Positions 19,595 through 28,293 of a stretch of DNA of 64,000 bases are shown here, piece by piece. Within the stretch, counting starts at the first letter, position 1; each line of letters begins with the position of its first letter. Location: the NCBI GenBank assembly GCA_965238075.1, contig OZ250173.1, positions 1,024,001 through 1,088,000 of the forward strand, given 5' to 3'. The translations under genes and the position numbers were made by a program. Below the pieces are notes generated by a model. The model saw only the letters and a program-made list of their open reading frames with translations, was not told the DNA's origin and did not search any database. The DNA is from Candidatus Entotheonellaceae bacterium (lineage in GTDB: Bacteria; Tectomicrobia; Entotheonellia; Entotheonellales; Entotheonellaceae).

Positions 19595-20608
19595 TTATAC
19601 CTTGCGCAGCGCCGGCAGCAGTTCGTCCGACAGCAGCCGGATGCTGGACAACGCGGCGGACAGCGGCAGCCCCGCCCAGTGGGTGCGGATAATCAGGTGG
19701 TTCACGTTCAGCTCCTCCCAGTACGGCCGCAATTGCTCGTAGCAGTCGTCGGGGGAGCCCAGAACAAAGCGGTCCTGCAGCAGCGCGTCAAACGCCTGGT
19801 TGAACGACTCGTTGTCCGGCATCGCGTCGTCCTGGCCCCACTTGGCGTAATCCTGATACTTGCCGAACAGGTACGGGCCGGCCACTTCCAGAGCCGTGGC
19901 GCGGTCCTTGGCGCAGAAGACTTCCTTGATCGACGGCAGCTCGCTCGGCAACGGCTTGTTCGCCTTGGCCAGCTCGTTCCGGTACAGCACGAGCTGGCGC
20001 CGCACCGTCTCGACGGTCGAATGCGGGTTGATCATCCACGCATCGCCCAGGCGCGCCGCGCGCCGCACCGCGGCGTCGTTATTGGCGGCGATCCACAGCG
20101 GCGGGCGCGGCTGCTGCACCGGGCGGATGTTCATGCGCACCGCGTCCAGCTTGCACATCTCGTCCTCGTAGGTCACCGCCTCGCCGCACCACAGCCGCTG
20201 TATGACGTCAAGGTACGCCTCGAAGCGCTTCACCCGCTGCCCCTTGCGCACCCCGAAGGCGTCGAACTCCACTTCCCGGTAGCCCAGGCCGACGCCGAAC
20301 ACGAAGTTGCCGCGCGCCAGAATGTCCATCGACGCCACCGTCTCGGCCACGTACACCGGGTTGTGCAGATTGAGCAGCAGCACGCCCATGCCGACGGTCA
20401 TCTCCCCCGCCTCCGCCATCAGCCGCGACAGGAACGGCACGATCTGCAACTGCTTGTTGTTACCCTCGTTAAGGTAGTGCTGACCGGTGAACAGCGAATC
20501 CCAGCCGCGGTCGCGGGCCAGGCGCACCATGGCGTACTGCGCCTCCAGCGCACCCACCATGTCCGTGTCCAGGTACTGCTGGTTGGTGGTAAACAACCCG
20601 ATTTTCAT
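19595..20608 (-). CDS. LLM-class flavin-dependent oxidoreductase
   Basis: GQHY, NPVYVAE, GVGLGYR..EF, RRAARLGD. Confidence 0.9.
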   Translation of the reverse strand: MKIGLFTTNQQYLDTDMVGALEAQYAMVRLARDRGWDSLFTGQHYLNEGNNKQLQIVPFLSRLMAEAGEMTVGMGVLLLNLHNPVYVAETVASMDILARGNFVFGVGLGYREVEFDAFGVRKGQRVKRFEAYLDVIQRLWCGEAVTYEDEMCKLDAVRMNIRPVQQPRPPLWIAANNDAAVRRAARLGDAWMINPHSTVETVRRQLVLYRNELAKANKPLPSELPSIKEVFCAKDRATALEVAGPYLFGKYQDYAKWGQDDAMPDNESFNQAFDALLQDRFVLGSPDDCYEQLRPYWEELNVNHLIIRTHWAGLPLSAALSSIRLLSDELLPALRKV

Positions 20609-20626
20609 GTCTTCATCCTTCGTCCT

Positions 20627-20664
20627 CCCTCTCCCCTGGCGGGAGAGGGTCGGGGTGAGGGGGA
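20627..20664. repeat. GC-rich palindromic repeat (CCCTCTCCC...GGGAGAGGG..GGGGTGAGGG family)
   Basis: Copies at about 22717, 23345, 24601, 26028, 31471, 39234 and 59596. Confidence 0.85.
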
Positions 20665-20669
20665 AAGGT

Positions 20670-20984
20670 TCACAACCGAACCTCCCCCACGTCCAACTCC
20701 CGGAACCGCCGCAACAACTCCTCCGGCGTCACGCGCCCGATGATGCGGAACAGCGCCCGCCTGCGGTAATATACCACCAGCGCGGGCGTGCCGAAAACGC
20801 CGTGGTCACGTGCCCAAGGCCGGTGCTCGGCCAGCTTGAGGTGCAGCACCGAGACCTGTTGGAAACGCTCCATGCCGCCGAGCATTTGCGCCATGTAGCG
20901 GCTGGCGTCGCAGCCCTCCTGCCAGAAATTGACCAGCACCAGGTCCGGGTACTGCTGCAAGAAGGTTTCCAACTCCCTACTCAT
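20670..20984 (-). CDS. Thioredoxin-fold protein with CxxS motif
   Basis: VLVNFWQEGCDAS; cis-Pro GTPALV. Confidence 0.75.
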   Translation of the reverse strand: MSRELETFLQQYPDLVLVNFWQEGCDASRYMAQMLGGMERFQQVSVLHLKLAEHRPWARDHGVFGTPALVVYYRRRALFRIIGRVTPEELLRRFRELDVGEVRL

Positions 20985-22497
20985 GCGCCGCTCCTGCATC
21001 GCCCGCCGCGGCGGACTGGGCGTTATCTGCCGGCTGCCCAGCGAGGTCGGCGCGGGTGATGCCGAGCGTCTTCATGTGCCGGTACAGGGTCACCTTGTGC
21101 ACCCCGAGCAGCCGCGCGGCTTGCGTAATGTTGCCCGCCGCCTGCCGGTAGACGCGTTGCAGGCGCTCCGGCGTCAGGGGCGGCGGCAACCCGTCGTCGG
21201 GCCGCGCAGCCGGCAACAGCAACGGCTGGCTGGCAGCGCCGCTCGGCAACGGCGTGATGAGCGGCGGGCGCGCCGCCTGTGCTTCCTGACGCGCCCGGAC
21301 GTCCCAGCCGCCGGGGGCAAAACGCGAGCGCTCCGCCACCCACTCGTCGAAGGCGCGGCGTCCGATCACCTCCGTCGACGTCTCGACGTACACCCGCTCC
21401 AGCACGTTGCGCAATTCGCGCACGTTGCCCGGCCAGGCATAGGCTTGCAGCAGCGCCACGGCCTCCGGGGTGAGGCGACGCACCTGCCGGGCGTACTTGG
21501 CGTTGAGCAGACGCAGGAAGTGCTCCACCAGCAGCGGCACGTCGTCGAGGCATTCGCGCAGCGGCGGCATGTGGATACGCAGCACCTCCAGCCGGTAGTA
21601 CAGGTCGGCGCGAAAGCTGCGGGCTTGCACCGCCTGCTCCAGCGAAACGTTGGTGGCCGCCAGCAGGCGCGCGTCCACCCGCACCTGGCGCTCGCCGCCC
21701 ACCCGCTCGATGACGCCCTCCTCGAGCACCCGCAGCAGCTTGGCCTGCAGCCGCGGGGGAATTTCGCCGATCTCGTCGAGGAACAGGGTGCCCTCGTGCG
21801 CCCGCTCGAAGCGCCCGCGGTGCGAGCGCACGGCGCTGGTAAAGGCGCCGCGCTCGTGGCCGAACAATTCGGATTCCAGCAGCTCCTCGGACAACGCCGC
21901 ACAGTTGACGGCGATGAAATCGCGCCCGCGCCGCTTGCTGTGGTCGTGCAGGGCTCGGGCGGTCAGTTCCTTGCCGGTGCCGGTCTCGCCGGTAATCACC
22001 ACCGGGGCATCGGCGGGGCCGTATATTTCGATCTTGCGCCACACGCCGCGCAGCACCTCGGAGCGCCCCATCAAGCCGCTGAAGCCGCTGATGCGGTCAT
22101 CGGCAGGCGAGCGCGCCCAGCCCGGCGCCTCCTCCAGCCGAATGGCGATCCGCACGCGGGCGTCCGGGAAGGTCTCGGGATCGCGGGAAGCGCGGATCAA
22201 CACCGCATGGTCGATGCCGTCATGGTCGGTCAGCGAGACGCGGTAATCGCGCACCGGCAGGCCGGAGTCGAGCACCTGCTCGACCACCGTGGACAGGGCG
22301 GGAATGGCGTCGTCAAACGCCGCCGCCAGCGCGCAGCCATCGAACGACGCGGCGGAACGCCCCAGCCAGGCGGCCAGTTGCGGGGTCACTGCCTCGACCA
22401 CCGGCTCGTCCCCGGGCCGCACCGACACCAGCAGTCCCGGCGCCACCGGCGCGGGCCACAGTACGGTGTCGTGCGTGGAAGCAGAATCGGTCTCCAT
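20977..22497 (-). CDS. Sigma-54-dependent Fis-family activator with PAS-like N-terminus
   Basis: GETGTGKE, ESELFGHERGAFTSA, LFLDEIGE, WPGNVREL, C-terminal HTH. Confidence 0.92.
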   Translation of the reverse strand: METDSASTHDTVLWPAPVAPGLLVSVRPGDEPVVEAVTPQLAAWLGRSAASFDGCALAAAFDDAIPALSTVVEQVLDSGLPVRDYRVSLTDHDGIDHAVLIRASRDPETFPDARVRIAIRLEEAPGWARSPADDRISGFSGLMGRSEVLRGVWRKIEIYGPADAPVVITGETGTGKELTARALHDHSKRRGRDFIAVNCAALSEELLESELFGHERGAFTSAVRSHRGRFERAHEGTLFLDEIGEIPPRLQAKLLRVLEEGVIERVGGERQVRVDARLLAATNVSLEQAVQARSFRADLYYRLEVLRIHMPPLRECLDDVPLLVEHFLRLLNAKYARQVRRLTPEAVALLQAYAWPGNVRELRNVLERVYVETSTEVIGRRAFDEWVAERSRFAPGGWDVRARQEAQAARPPLITPLPSGAASQPLLLPAARPDDGLPPPLTPERLQRVYRQAAGNITQAARLLGVHKVTLYRHMKTLGITRADLAGQPADNAQSAAAGDAGAAHE

Positions 22498-22778
22498 GGC
22501 TTGTCCTGTCGGGTTTCCCTTTGGGGCGTTAGGGTGAGGGGGGCCTCGGCCCGCATCATAGCAATCGGCGCCGAACGCGCGCAAACGAAACCAGCTCAGG
22601 GAGATTTGGAACTGAGCCCCTGTCCGGTTTATGAACATCCTTGACTTCTACCCTCAAGGGAAGCATCTGCTCTCGTGTAGAAATGGTGAAACTGAGAAAC
22701 GATGACGGGGTTTTTCCCCTCTCCCCTGGTGGGAGAGGGGACAAGAGGAAAGGATACGTTGGCCGTGCCTTAACCGAC

Positions 22779-23441
22779 TCACTGCTCCAGGCAATACAAA
22801 TGCGCCAGATAGTCGCACCTTCCCGGAAACACGCCGCTACGCGACCAGGCCGGCGTGGCCATGTCCACCGCGCCCCACCAGCCGCCGTCGTAGCGGCGGC
22901 GTGAGGTCCAGTCGGCGCAGGTGGGCGACAGGGCCCGGCCGGCGGTGGTGGTGGCGGTGCGGGCGAGGAACGGCGAGGCCACGGCGGCGCCGTATTCCGT
23001 GCGGTCGATGGGGTGGGCGAGGTCGCCGTCCGTCAGATCGTCGTAGTTGTCGGCCACCCGGATGCCGCCCGGCATGGCGTAGGGCACGTTCCTGTGGGCA
23101 ATGCGGGCGCCGGCCGGCTCGGCGGCGGTGGACAGCCAGGCGCGGAACACGCCGGGCAGTCCGGCTTCGCGCGCCGCCGCCTGACAGCGCGCGTCGGCGC
23201 CGGCCAAGCCGCCGAAATTGCCCTGGAAAGCGCCCTGGGTGACGAAGACGAGCACCGTCTCCTGACACGCCGCCGGGCGCGGAATGCCAATCGCCACCGG
23301 GCAGTCGGCTTCTTCCGCAACCGCCGCACCACGGGGTGTTTTTCCTCCCCGCTCCTCTTGCGGGAAAGGGTCAAGGGGAGGGGAGCTTACCAACAACACC
23401 GCTGCCAGGAAACCTGCCGCTGTCACCAACCCGTGCCGCAT
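22779..23441 (-). CDS. Secreted DUF1554/endostatin-like domain protein
   Basis: Signal peptide; VFVT......GGLAGADARC...A...G...FRAWLS...HLYCLEQ. Confidence 0.8.
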   Translation of the reverse strand: MRHGLVTAAGFLAAVLLVSSPPLDPFPQEERGGKTPRGAAVAEEADCPVAIGIPRPAACQETVLVFVTQGAFQGNFGGLAGADARCQAAAREAGLPGVFRAWLSTAAEPAGARIAHRNVPYAMPGGIRVADNYDDLTDGDLAHPIDRTEYGAAVASPFLARTATTTAGRALSPTCADWTSRRRYDGGWWGAVDMATPAWSRSGVFPGRCDYLAHLYCLEQ

Positions 23442-23489
23442 CCTTGTTTCCCCCGTCTTCCTGTGCCGAGGCGTCGGATTGAGCGGAAT

Positions 23490-23519
23490 GTCGGATTACG
23501 CTGCGCTAATCCGACCTAC
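23490..23519 (-). repeat. GTAG-type REP sequence
   Basis: Reverse complement of GTAGGTCGGATTAGCGCAGCGTAATCCGAC. Confidence 0.9.
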
Positions 23520-23532
23520 ATGTTTACATGCT

Positions 23533-24555
23533 CTACGCCGCGGCGCGAAAGGTGGCGATAAACTGCTGCCACTCGGCCTCCGACGCACCTTCGGGCACCG
23601 GCGCGTAGATCGACAGCCGGTGCAGCACGCCCTCGTAGCGCTGCCGCAGCTTGGCGGCCAGCTCGCCGGGCGGCGCCACGATGGCCACCGCCTCCAACAG
23701 CTCGTCCGGCACCCGACGGCCCATTTCGTCAAAATCCCCTTGGCGCATCAGCCGGTTCAATTCATCACCCAGGGCGCCGCAGCCGTGGTAGTCCAGCATC
23801 ACGCGATAGCTCGGCGTCGAGCCATAGAAGGCGATCTGCTGCCGCGCCTTCGCCGCCGCCTCGTCCATCTCCGCCTGCGTGTCGCCCGTCACCGCCATCA
23901 CCGGTGCGTACAATTCCAGCGCCGCGGCGTCGCGCCCGCTGCGCCGCGCCCCGTCCGCCAGCGCCGGGCGCACCACGTCCTGCAGGTAGCCCACCGAGTG
24001 CATGGGGTGCACGTGCAGGCCGTCCGCCACCTCGCCCGCCACGCGGCACATGCGCGGGTTCACGCCGGCCACGTACACCGGGATGTCCGGGTGCTCAATC
24101 GGTCCGGCGTTGAAGAATTGGTTGATGAGCTTGAACTGGTAAAACGGCCCCTCGTAGCGTGGCCGCGTATCGTTCTGGAAGGTGTCCCAGATAGCGCGCA
24201 GGCAGCGCACGTAATCGGTGAGGCGCGCCGCCGGGTGGTCGAACGGCATCGAATAGCGCCGCTCAACGTGCGCCCGCACCTGCGTGCCCAGCCCGAGGTG
24301 AAAGCGCCCGCCGCTGCCGCGCTGCAGGTCCCACGCCGCCTGCGCCACCGCAAACGGGCTGCGCCCGAAGGCCACCGTGATGTTCGTCCCCAGTTGCAGC
24401 CGCTCGGTAGCGGTCGCCGCCAGGGCCAGCGGCAGAAACGGGTCGTGCTTCGCCTCGAACGTCCAGGCGCCGTCGAACCCCATGCGCTCCAGGCGTTGCG
24501 CGTCCGCCGCAACGTTCCCGGAAACCCCGCCGCCGATCTGCGTGTCGATTTTCAT
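23533..24555 (-). CDS. LLM-class (probably F420-dependent) oxidoreductase, TIGR03617-like
   Basis: E.KHDPFLPL, GRF.LGLGTQVRAH.ERRY, IAFYGSTPSY. Confidence 0.88.
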   Translation of the reverse strand: MKIDTQIGGGVSGNVAADAQRLERMGFDGAWTFEAKHDPFLPLALAATATERLQLGTNITVAFGRSPFAVAQAAWDLQRGSGGRFHLGLGTQVRAHVERRYSMPFDHPAARLTDYVRCLRAIWDTFQNDTRPRYEGPFYQFKLINQFFNAGPIEHPDIPVYVAGVNPRMCRVAGEVADGLHVHPMHSVGYLQDVVRPALADGARRSGRDAAALELYAPVMAVTGDTQAEMDEAAAKARQQIAFYGSTPSYRVMLDYHGCGALGDELNRLMRQGDFDEMGRRVPDELLEAVAIVAPPGELAAKLRQRYEGVLHRLSIYAPVPEGASEAEWQQFIATFRAAA

Positions 24556-24600
24556 GGAATATCCTCTGGTATTTTGCGTTTCGGGTAAAATGTTCCGGCT

Positions 24601-24750
24601 CCCCTCACCCCGCCCCTCTCCCACCAGGCGAGAGGGAGTAAAACTTTTCCGTGGGGGGAGACCAGCCTTTGGTCCCTAACGCCCTTCGCAGGGGAGGCCA
24701 ACCCTCTGATCCCCTCCCCCCTCCCGGGGAAGGGTTAGGGAGGGGGGCAC
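24601..24750. repeat. Composite two-hairpin palindromic element (MITE/REPIN-like)
   Basis: CCCCTCACCCC..CTCTCCC..GAGAGGG arm, spacer, then an inverted CCCCTCCCC..GGGTTAGGGAGGGG arm. Confidence 0.7.
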
Positions 24751-24781
24751 CCGCCCCAAAAAAATCGACAAGGAGCTTACC

Positions 24782-25399
24782 ATGTCCGCCCGGCCGACAC
24801 GCCTGGATTTCTATTTCGACATCATGTGCCCCTGGGCCTACCAGACCTCCAAATGGATTCGCGACGTGCGCGAGCGCAACGGCCTTGAAATCGCCTGGAA
24901 ATTCTTCAGCCTGGAGGAAATCAACCGCCCCGAGGGCAAGAAGCATCCCTGGGAGCGCCCGTGGTCCTACGGCTGGTCGCTGCTGCGCGTCGGCGCCCTG
25001 CACGAGGACGGCAAAAAAGTCCACCTGCCCGACGGCGCCCGGCAGGTGCTGGCCGACATGGGCCTCGACCCGCAACTCGTTGACGTCGCCATCGCCGACG
25101 ACACCACCCATGACGACGTGCGCGCCGACCACGACGCCGTGGTGCAGCGCGGCGGCTTCGGCGTGCCCACCCTGGTGTTCGACGACGGCACCGCGCTGTT
25201 CGGCCCGGTCATCACCCCGGCGCCCAGCGGCGGCGACGCCATGCGCCTGTGGGACCTCACCGTCGGCTGGGCCGCCTTCCCGCACCTCTACGAACTGCGG
25301 CGCCCCAAGACCGCCGCCGATCAAGCCCACGTCGACGCCCAATTCGCCCCCTATTTCGACGCCCGCGACTGGCGCACCATCAGCCATCCGGCGCCGTGA
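24782..25399 (+). CDS. DsbA-family / Rv2466c-like thioredoxin-fold protein
   Basis: DFYFDIMCPWAYQTS.W; GFGVPTL; LFGPV; YEL.RPK. Confidence 0.82.
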   Translation: MSARPTRLDFYFDIMCPWAYQTSKWIRDVRERNGLEIAWKFFSLEEINRPEGKKHPWERPWSYGWSLLRVGALHEDGKKVHLPDGARQVLADMGLDPQLVDVAIADDTTHDDVRADHDAVVQRGGFGVPTLVFDDGTALFGPVITPAPSGGDAMRLWDLTVGWAAFPHLYELRRPKTAADQAHVDAQFAPYFDARDWRTISHPAP

Positions 25400-25417
25400 A
25401 CACGCAGGTCGGATCCA

Positions 25418-25447
25418 GTAGGTCGGATTAGCGCAGCGTAATCCGAC
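25418..25447 (+). repeat. GTAG-type REP sequence
   Basis: GTAGGTCGGATTAGCGCAGCGTAATCCGAC. Confidence 0.9.
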
Positions 25448-25564
25448 CTGCAGCCTGATGCAGAAAGGCTCTAATCCACCAAAGCGGTCGCGTTTTCCGT
25501 TTTTCAGGCTATAGTAACGTGCCGGACAGACGACGCGGTGCCAAGAGTTGAGGGGAGGGAAATC

Positions 25565-25981
25565 ATGATCGGCCACACCATTACCGTCATCGCCGCGGTT
25601 ATTGCGCTGAACGTCATCTTGGGCGGGCTGTTGATCAGCACGATGAACAGCCGGTTCAATGATTTTGTCAATGTGTTCAACAGCCGATTCGAATCAATCG
25701 AGAGCCGGCTCGAATCAATCGACGGCCGGTTCGAGACCCTCAACGGTCGGTTCGATTCTCTCAGCCAAACCGTCAACAGCCAGCTCGAAGCCGTCAACGC
25801 CCGGTTTGACGACGTCAACAGCCGGTTCGACGCGCTAGACAGGCGCTTCGACGCCCTGGAGAGAAACATCGCACGGCTGGGAGACCTCATCTCGAACAAC
25901 GGCCAACGCATCTCCCGGCTTGAAATCGCCTCCGGCACGCCGGAGGCGCAGGAGCCGGACGACGCCTCGCCGCCCGAGTGA
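25565..25981 (+). CDS. Membrane-anchored heptad coiled-coil protein
   Basis: GGAGGG RBS; N-terminal hydrophobic helix; (N/D)xRF(D/E)xx heptads. Confidence 0.8.
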   Translation: MIGHTITVIAAVIALNVILGGLLISTMNSRFNDFVNVFNSRFESIESRLESIDGRFETLNGRFDSLSQTVNSQLEAVNARFDDVNSRFDALDRRFDALERNIARLGDLISNNGQRISRLEIASGTPEAQEPDDASPPE

Positions 25982-26330
25982 CCGACTTAGCCGGACTAGC
26001 GAAGCGTAATCCGAACATTCCACTTATCCCCCTCACCCCGGCCCTCTCCCACCAGGGGAGAGGGAGCAAATCCCCTTCGTGGAGAAGATTAGTGGTTTGT
26101 ACCTCTGATTCCCTCCCTCCTTTGCGTTTGCACCACTGATCCCCTCCACGGGGGCGTGAACACAGATCGCATTAGCGCAGCGTAATCCGTCATTTCCGCA
26201 ACGGCCCCCCACGCCGCAAAGCGCACTCGCCGATTCAGCCGCCGGCGCCACCCGGCCCGGGCACCATCCAGGCCGAAATACCCGCGCTTCGTGATACAAT
26301 CCTTCACAATCCTGAAACGCTGGAGGACCT

Positions 26331-26813
26331 ATGCGGAAAATATGGAATTGGACCAAAGACAACGCAGGTCCCATCACGGTGACCATCGCCATCCTCGGCG
26401 GGTTCGCCGCCATCATCCAATTCAGCGTCGTCAGACCCATGCACCAAGGCTTCGACGCCGTCAACCGGCGCATCGACGACCAGATCACGTACATCCACCA
26501 GCACTTCGACGACCAGAACATATCGATCAACCAGCGTTTCGACGACCAGAACAGATCGATCAACCAGCGTTTCGACGCCGTCCACCAGCGCTTCAACGAC
26601 CAGAACCGATCAACCAGCGTTTCGACGACCAAGACAAGTACATCAACCAGCGCTTCGACGCCCAGCGCTTCGACGCCCGGACGCATCGAGGACCTCGTTA
26701 AAGATTTCTCTGAACTCCGCAAACTCAGCGACCGCGTCACCCGCAACGAAACACGAATCGACACCCTCACCGAGCAATTGCAGACCGCCGACGCACCCTC
26801 GCCCCCGGATTGA
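26331..26813 (+). CDS. Membrane-anchored hendecad/heptad coiled-coil protein, copy 1 (internal compensating frameshifts)
   Basis: GGAGGA RBS; INQRFDDQ repeats run out of frame at about 26606-26680, then return to RIEDL... Confidence 0.7.
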   Translation: MRKIWNWTKDNAGPITVTIAILGGFAAIIQFSVVRPMHQGFDAVNRRIDDQITYIHQHFDDQNISINQRFDDQNRSINQRFDAVHQRFNDQNRSTSVSTTKTSTSTSASTPSASTPGRIEDLVKDFSELRKLSDRVTRNETRIDTLTEQLQTADAPSPPD

Positions 26814-27068
26814 GTCCGGGGCAGGCTCTGATCCTGTCCACGACCCCATCCTGAATCTGCGGGTCGGAAATGCAGGTCGGATTAGCCGCAGGCGTCATCC
26901 GACTTCCGCACCGTCCCCCCATCCGACTTCCGCACCGTCCCCCCCCCCACGCCGCCACGCGCCCTCGCCGATTCAGCCGCCGGCGTCATCCGGCCCGGGT
27001 GCCATCCAAGCCGAAATACCCGCGCTTCGTGATACAATCCTTCACAATCCTGAAACGCTGGAGGACCT

Positions 27069-27826
27069 ATGCGGAAAATATGGAACTGGATCGAAGACAA
27101 CGCAGGTCCCATCGCGGTGACCATCGCCATCCTCGGCGGGTTCGCCGCCATCATCCAATTCAGCGTCGTCAGACCCATGCACCAAGGCTTCGACGCCGTC
27201 AACCAGCGCATCGACGACCAGATCACGTACATCCACCAGCACTTCGACGACCAGAACATATCGATCAACCAGCGCTTCGACGACCGAACAGAGATCAACC
27301 AGCGTTTTGACGCCGTCAACCACCGTTTCGACGCCGTCAACCAGCGTTTCGACGACCAGGACGATCAACCAGCGTTCCGGACGCCATCCAAGCCGAAATA
27401 CCCGCGCTTCGTGATACAATCCTTCACAATCAACCAGCGAAAATTGGACGCCGTCAACCAGCGCACCAAGGCTTTCAACCAGCGCATCGACGACCAGATC
27501 ACGTACATCCACCAGCACTTCGACGACCAGAACAAATCGATCACCAGCGCTTCAACGACCAGAGCGTTTCGACGACCAGAACAGATCAATCAACCAGCGC
27601 TTTGACGCCGTCAACCAGCGCTTCAATGACCAGAATAAGTACATCAGCCAGCGTTTCGACGCCGTGGACCAGCGCTTCGACGCCCAAGACAGACGCATCG
27701 AGGACCTCGTTGAAGATGTCTCTGCACTCCGCAAACTCAGCGACCGCGTCACCCGCAACGAAACACGCATCGACACCCTCACCGAACAGTTGCAGACCGC
27801 CGACGCACCCTCGCCCCCGGATTGAG
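27069..27826 (+). pseudogene. Copy 2 of the coiled-coil gene, scrambled and frameshifted
   Basis: 5' and 3' ends near-identical to copy 1; internal insertion of the promoter fragment at 27383-27431. Confidence 0.7.
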
Positions 27827-28005
27827 TCCGGGGCAGGCTCTGAACCTGCCCGTAACCCCACCCACATAAGTTTCCCGCCCGTCGCATTTAATGCTTGCAC
27901 CACCCCACCGCCTGCCGTTAAGATATCCGCCTTGTACCTCCGACACCGGCTTGCAGCGGCGAGCCGCCTCACCTGCGGGAATCCCATGTCTACGGACTAC
28001 GGGGC

Positions 28006-28143
28006 TTGTTATCGTAAATCGACTTCGGTATTGTTGACCACCTTAACGGACTGCAGGGGGCCGGTTGGTCGCACGGGCTGCCTGCGGACGTTTCGTTTTC
28101 CTGAATCACGGGGCTTGTCAATGCCAGTCAACTTCGGTATGGT
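28006..28143 (+). promoter_or_regulatory. Two duplicated sigma70-like promoters
   Basis: TTGTTA-17-TATTGT (28006-28034) and TTGTCA-17-TATGGT (28115-28143), with shared ACGGGGC and ACTTCGG flanks. Confidence 0.6.
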
Positions 28144-28293
28144 TAGCCGCCTGACGCTTTGGCAGGGGTGCCAAGGCAGCCCGCACGCAGTACGATTCGC
28201 CAAAGCGCGCGGCGAGCGTTCACGATTCGGGGCCTTCACCGCTGGGGCTTCCGGGGTACCGGCAAACAGTTCTGCTTGAGAGGAGGGTTCTGG

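Noticed and set aside
853-25399. Selenoproteins near selAB (AhpD-, thioredoxin- and DsbA-like genes)
   Set aside because: Their redox motifs use Cys codons and I saw no in-frame TGA at catalytic positions. The premature stops found in the window are TAG or TAA.
26450-27700. CRISPR array or DGR in the repeated AACCAGCGTTTCGACG units
   Set aside because: The units are 21/33-nt coding modules without unique spacers. No cas or reverse transcriptase gene is present, and the variation is not adenine-specific.
28150-28293. Known riboswitch in the lipoprotein leader
   Set aside because: I recognised no cobalamin, TPP or c-di-GMP consensus; an Rfam scan is needed to exclude one.
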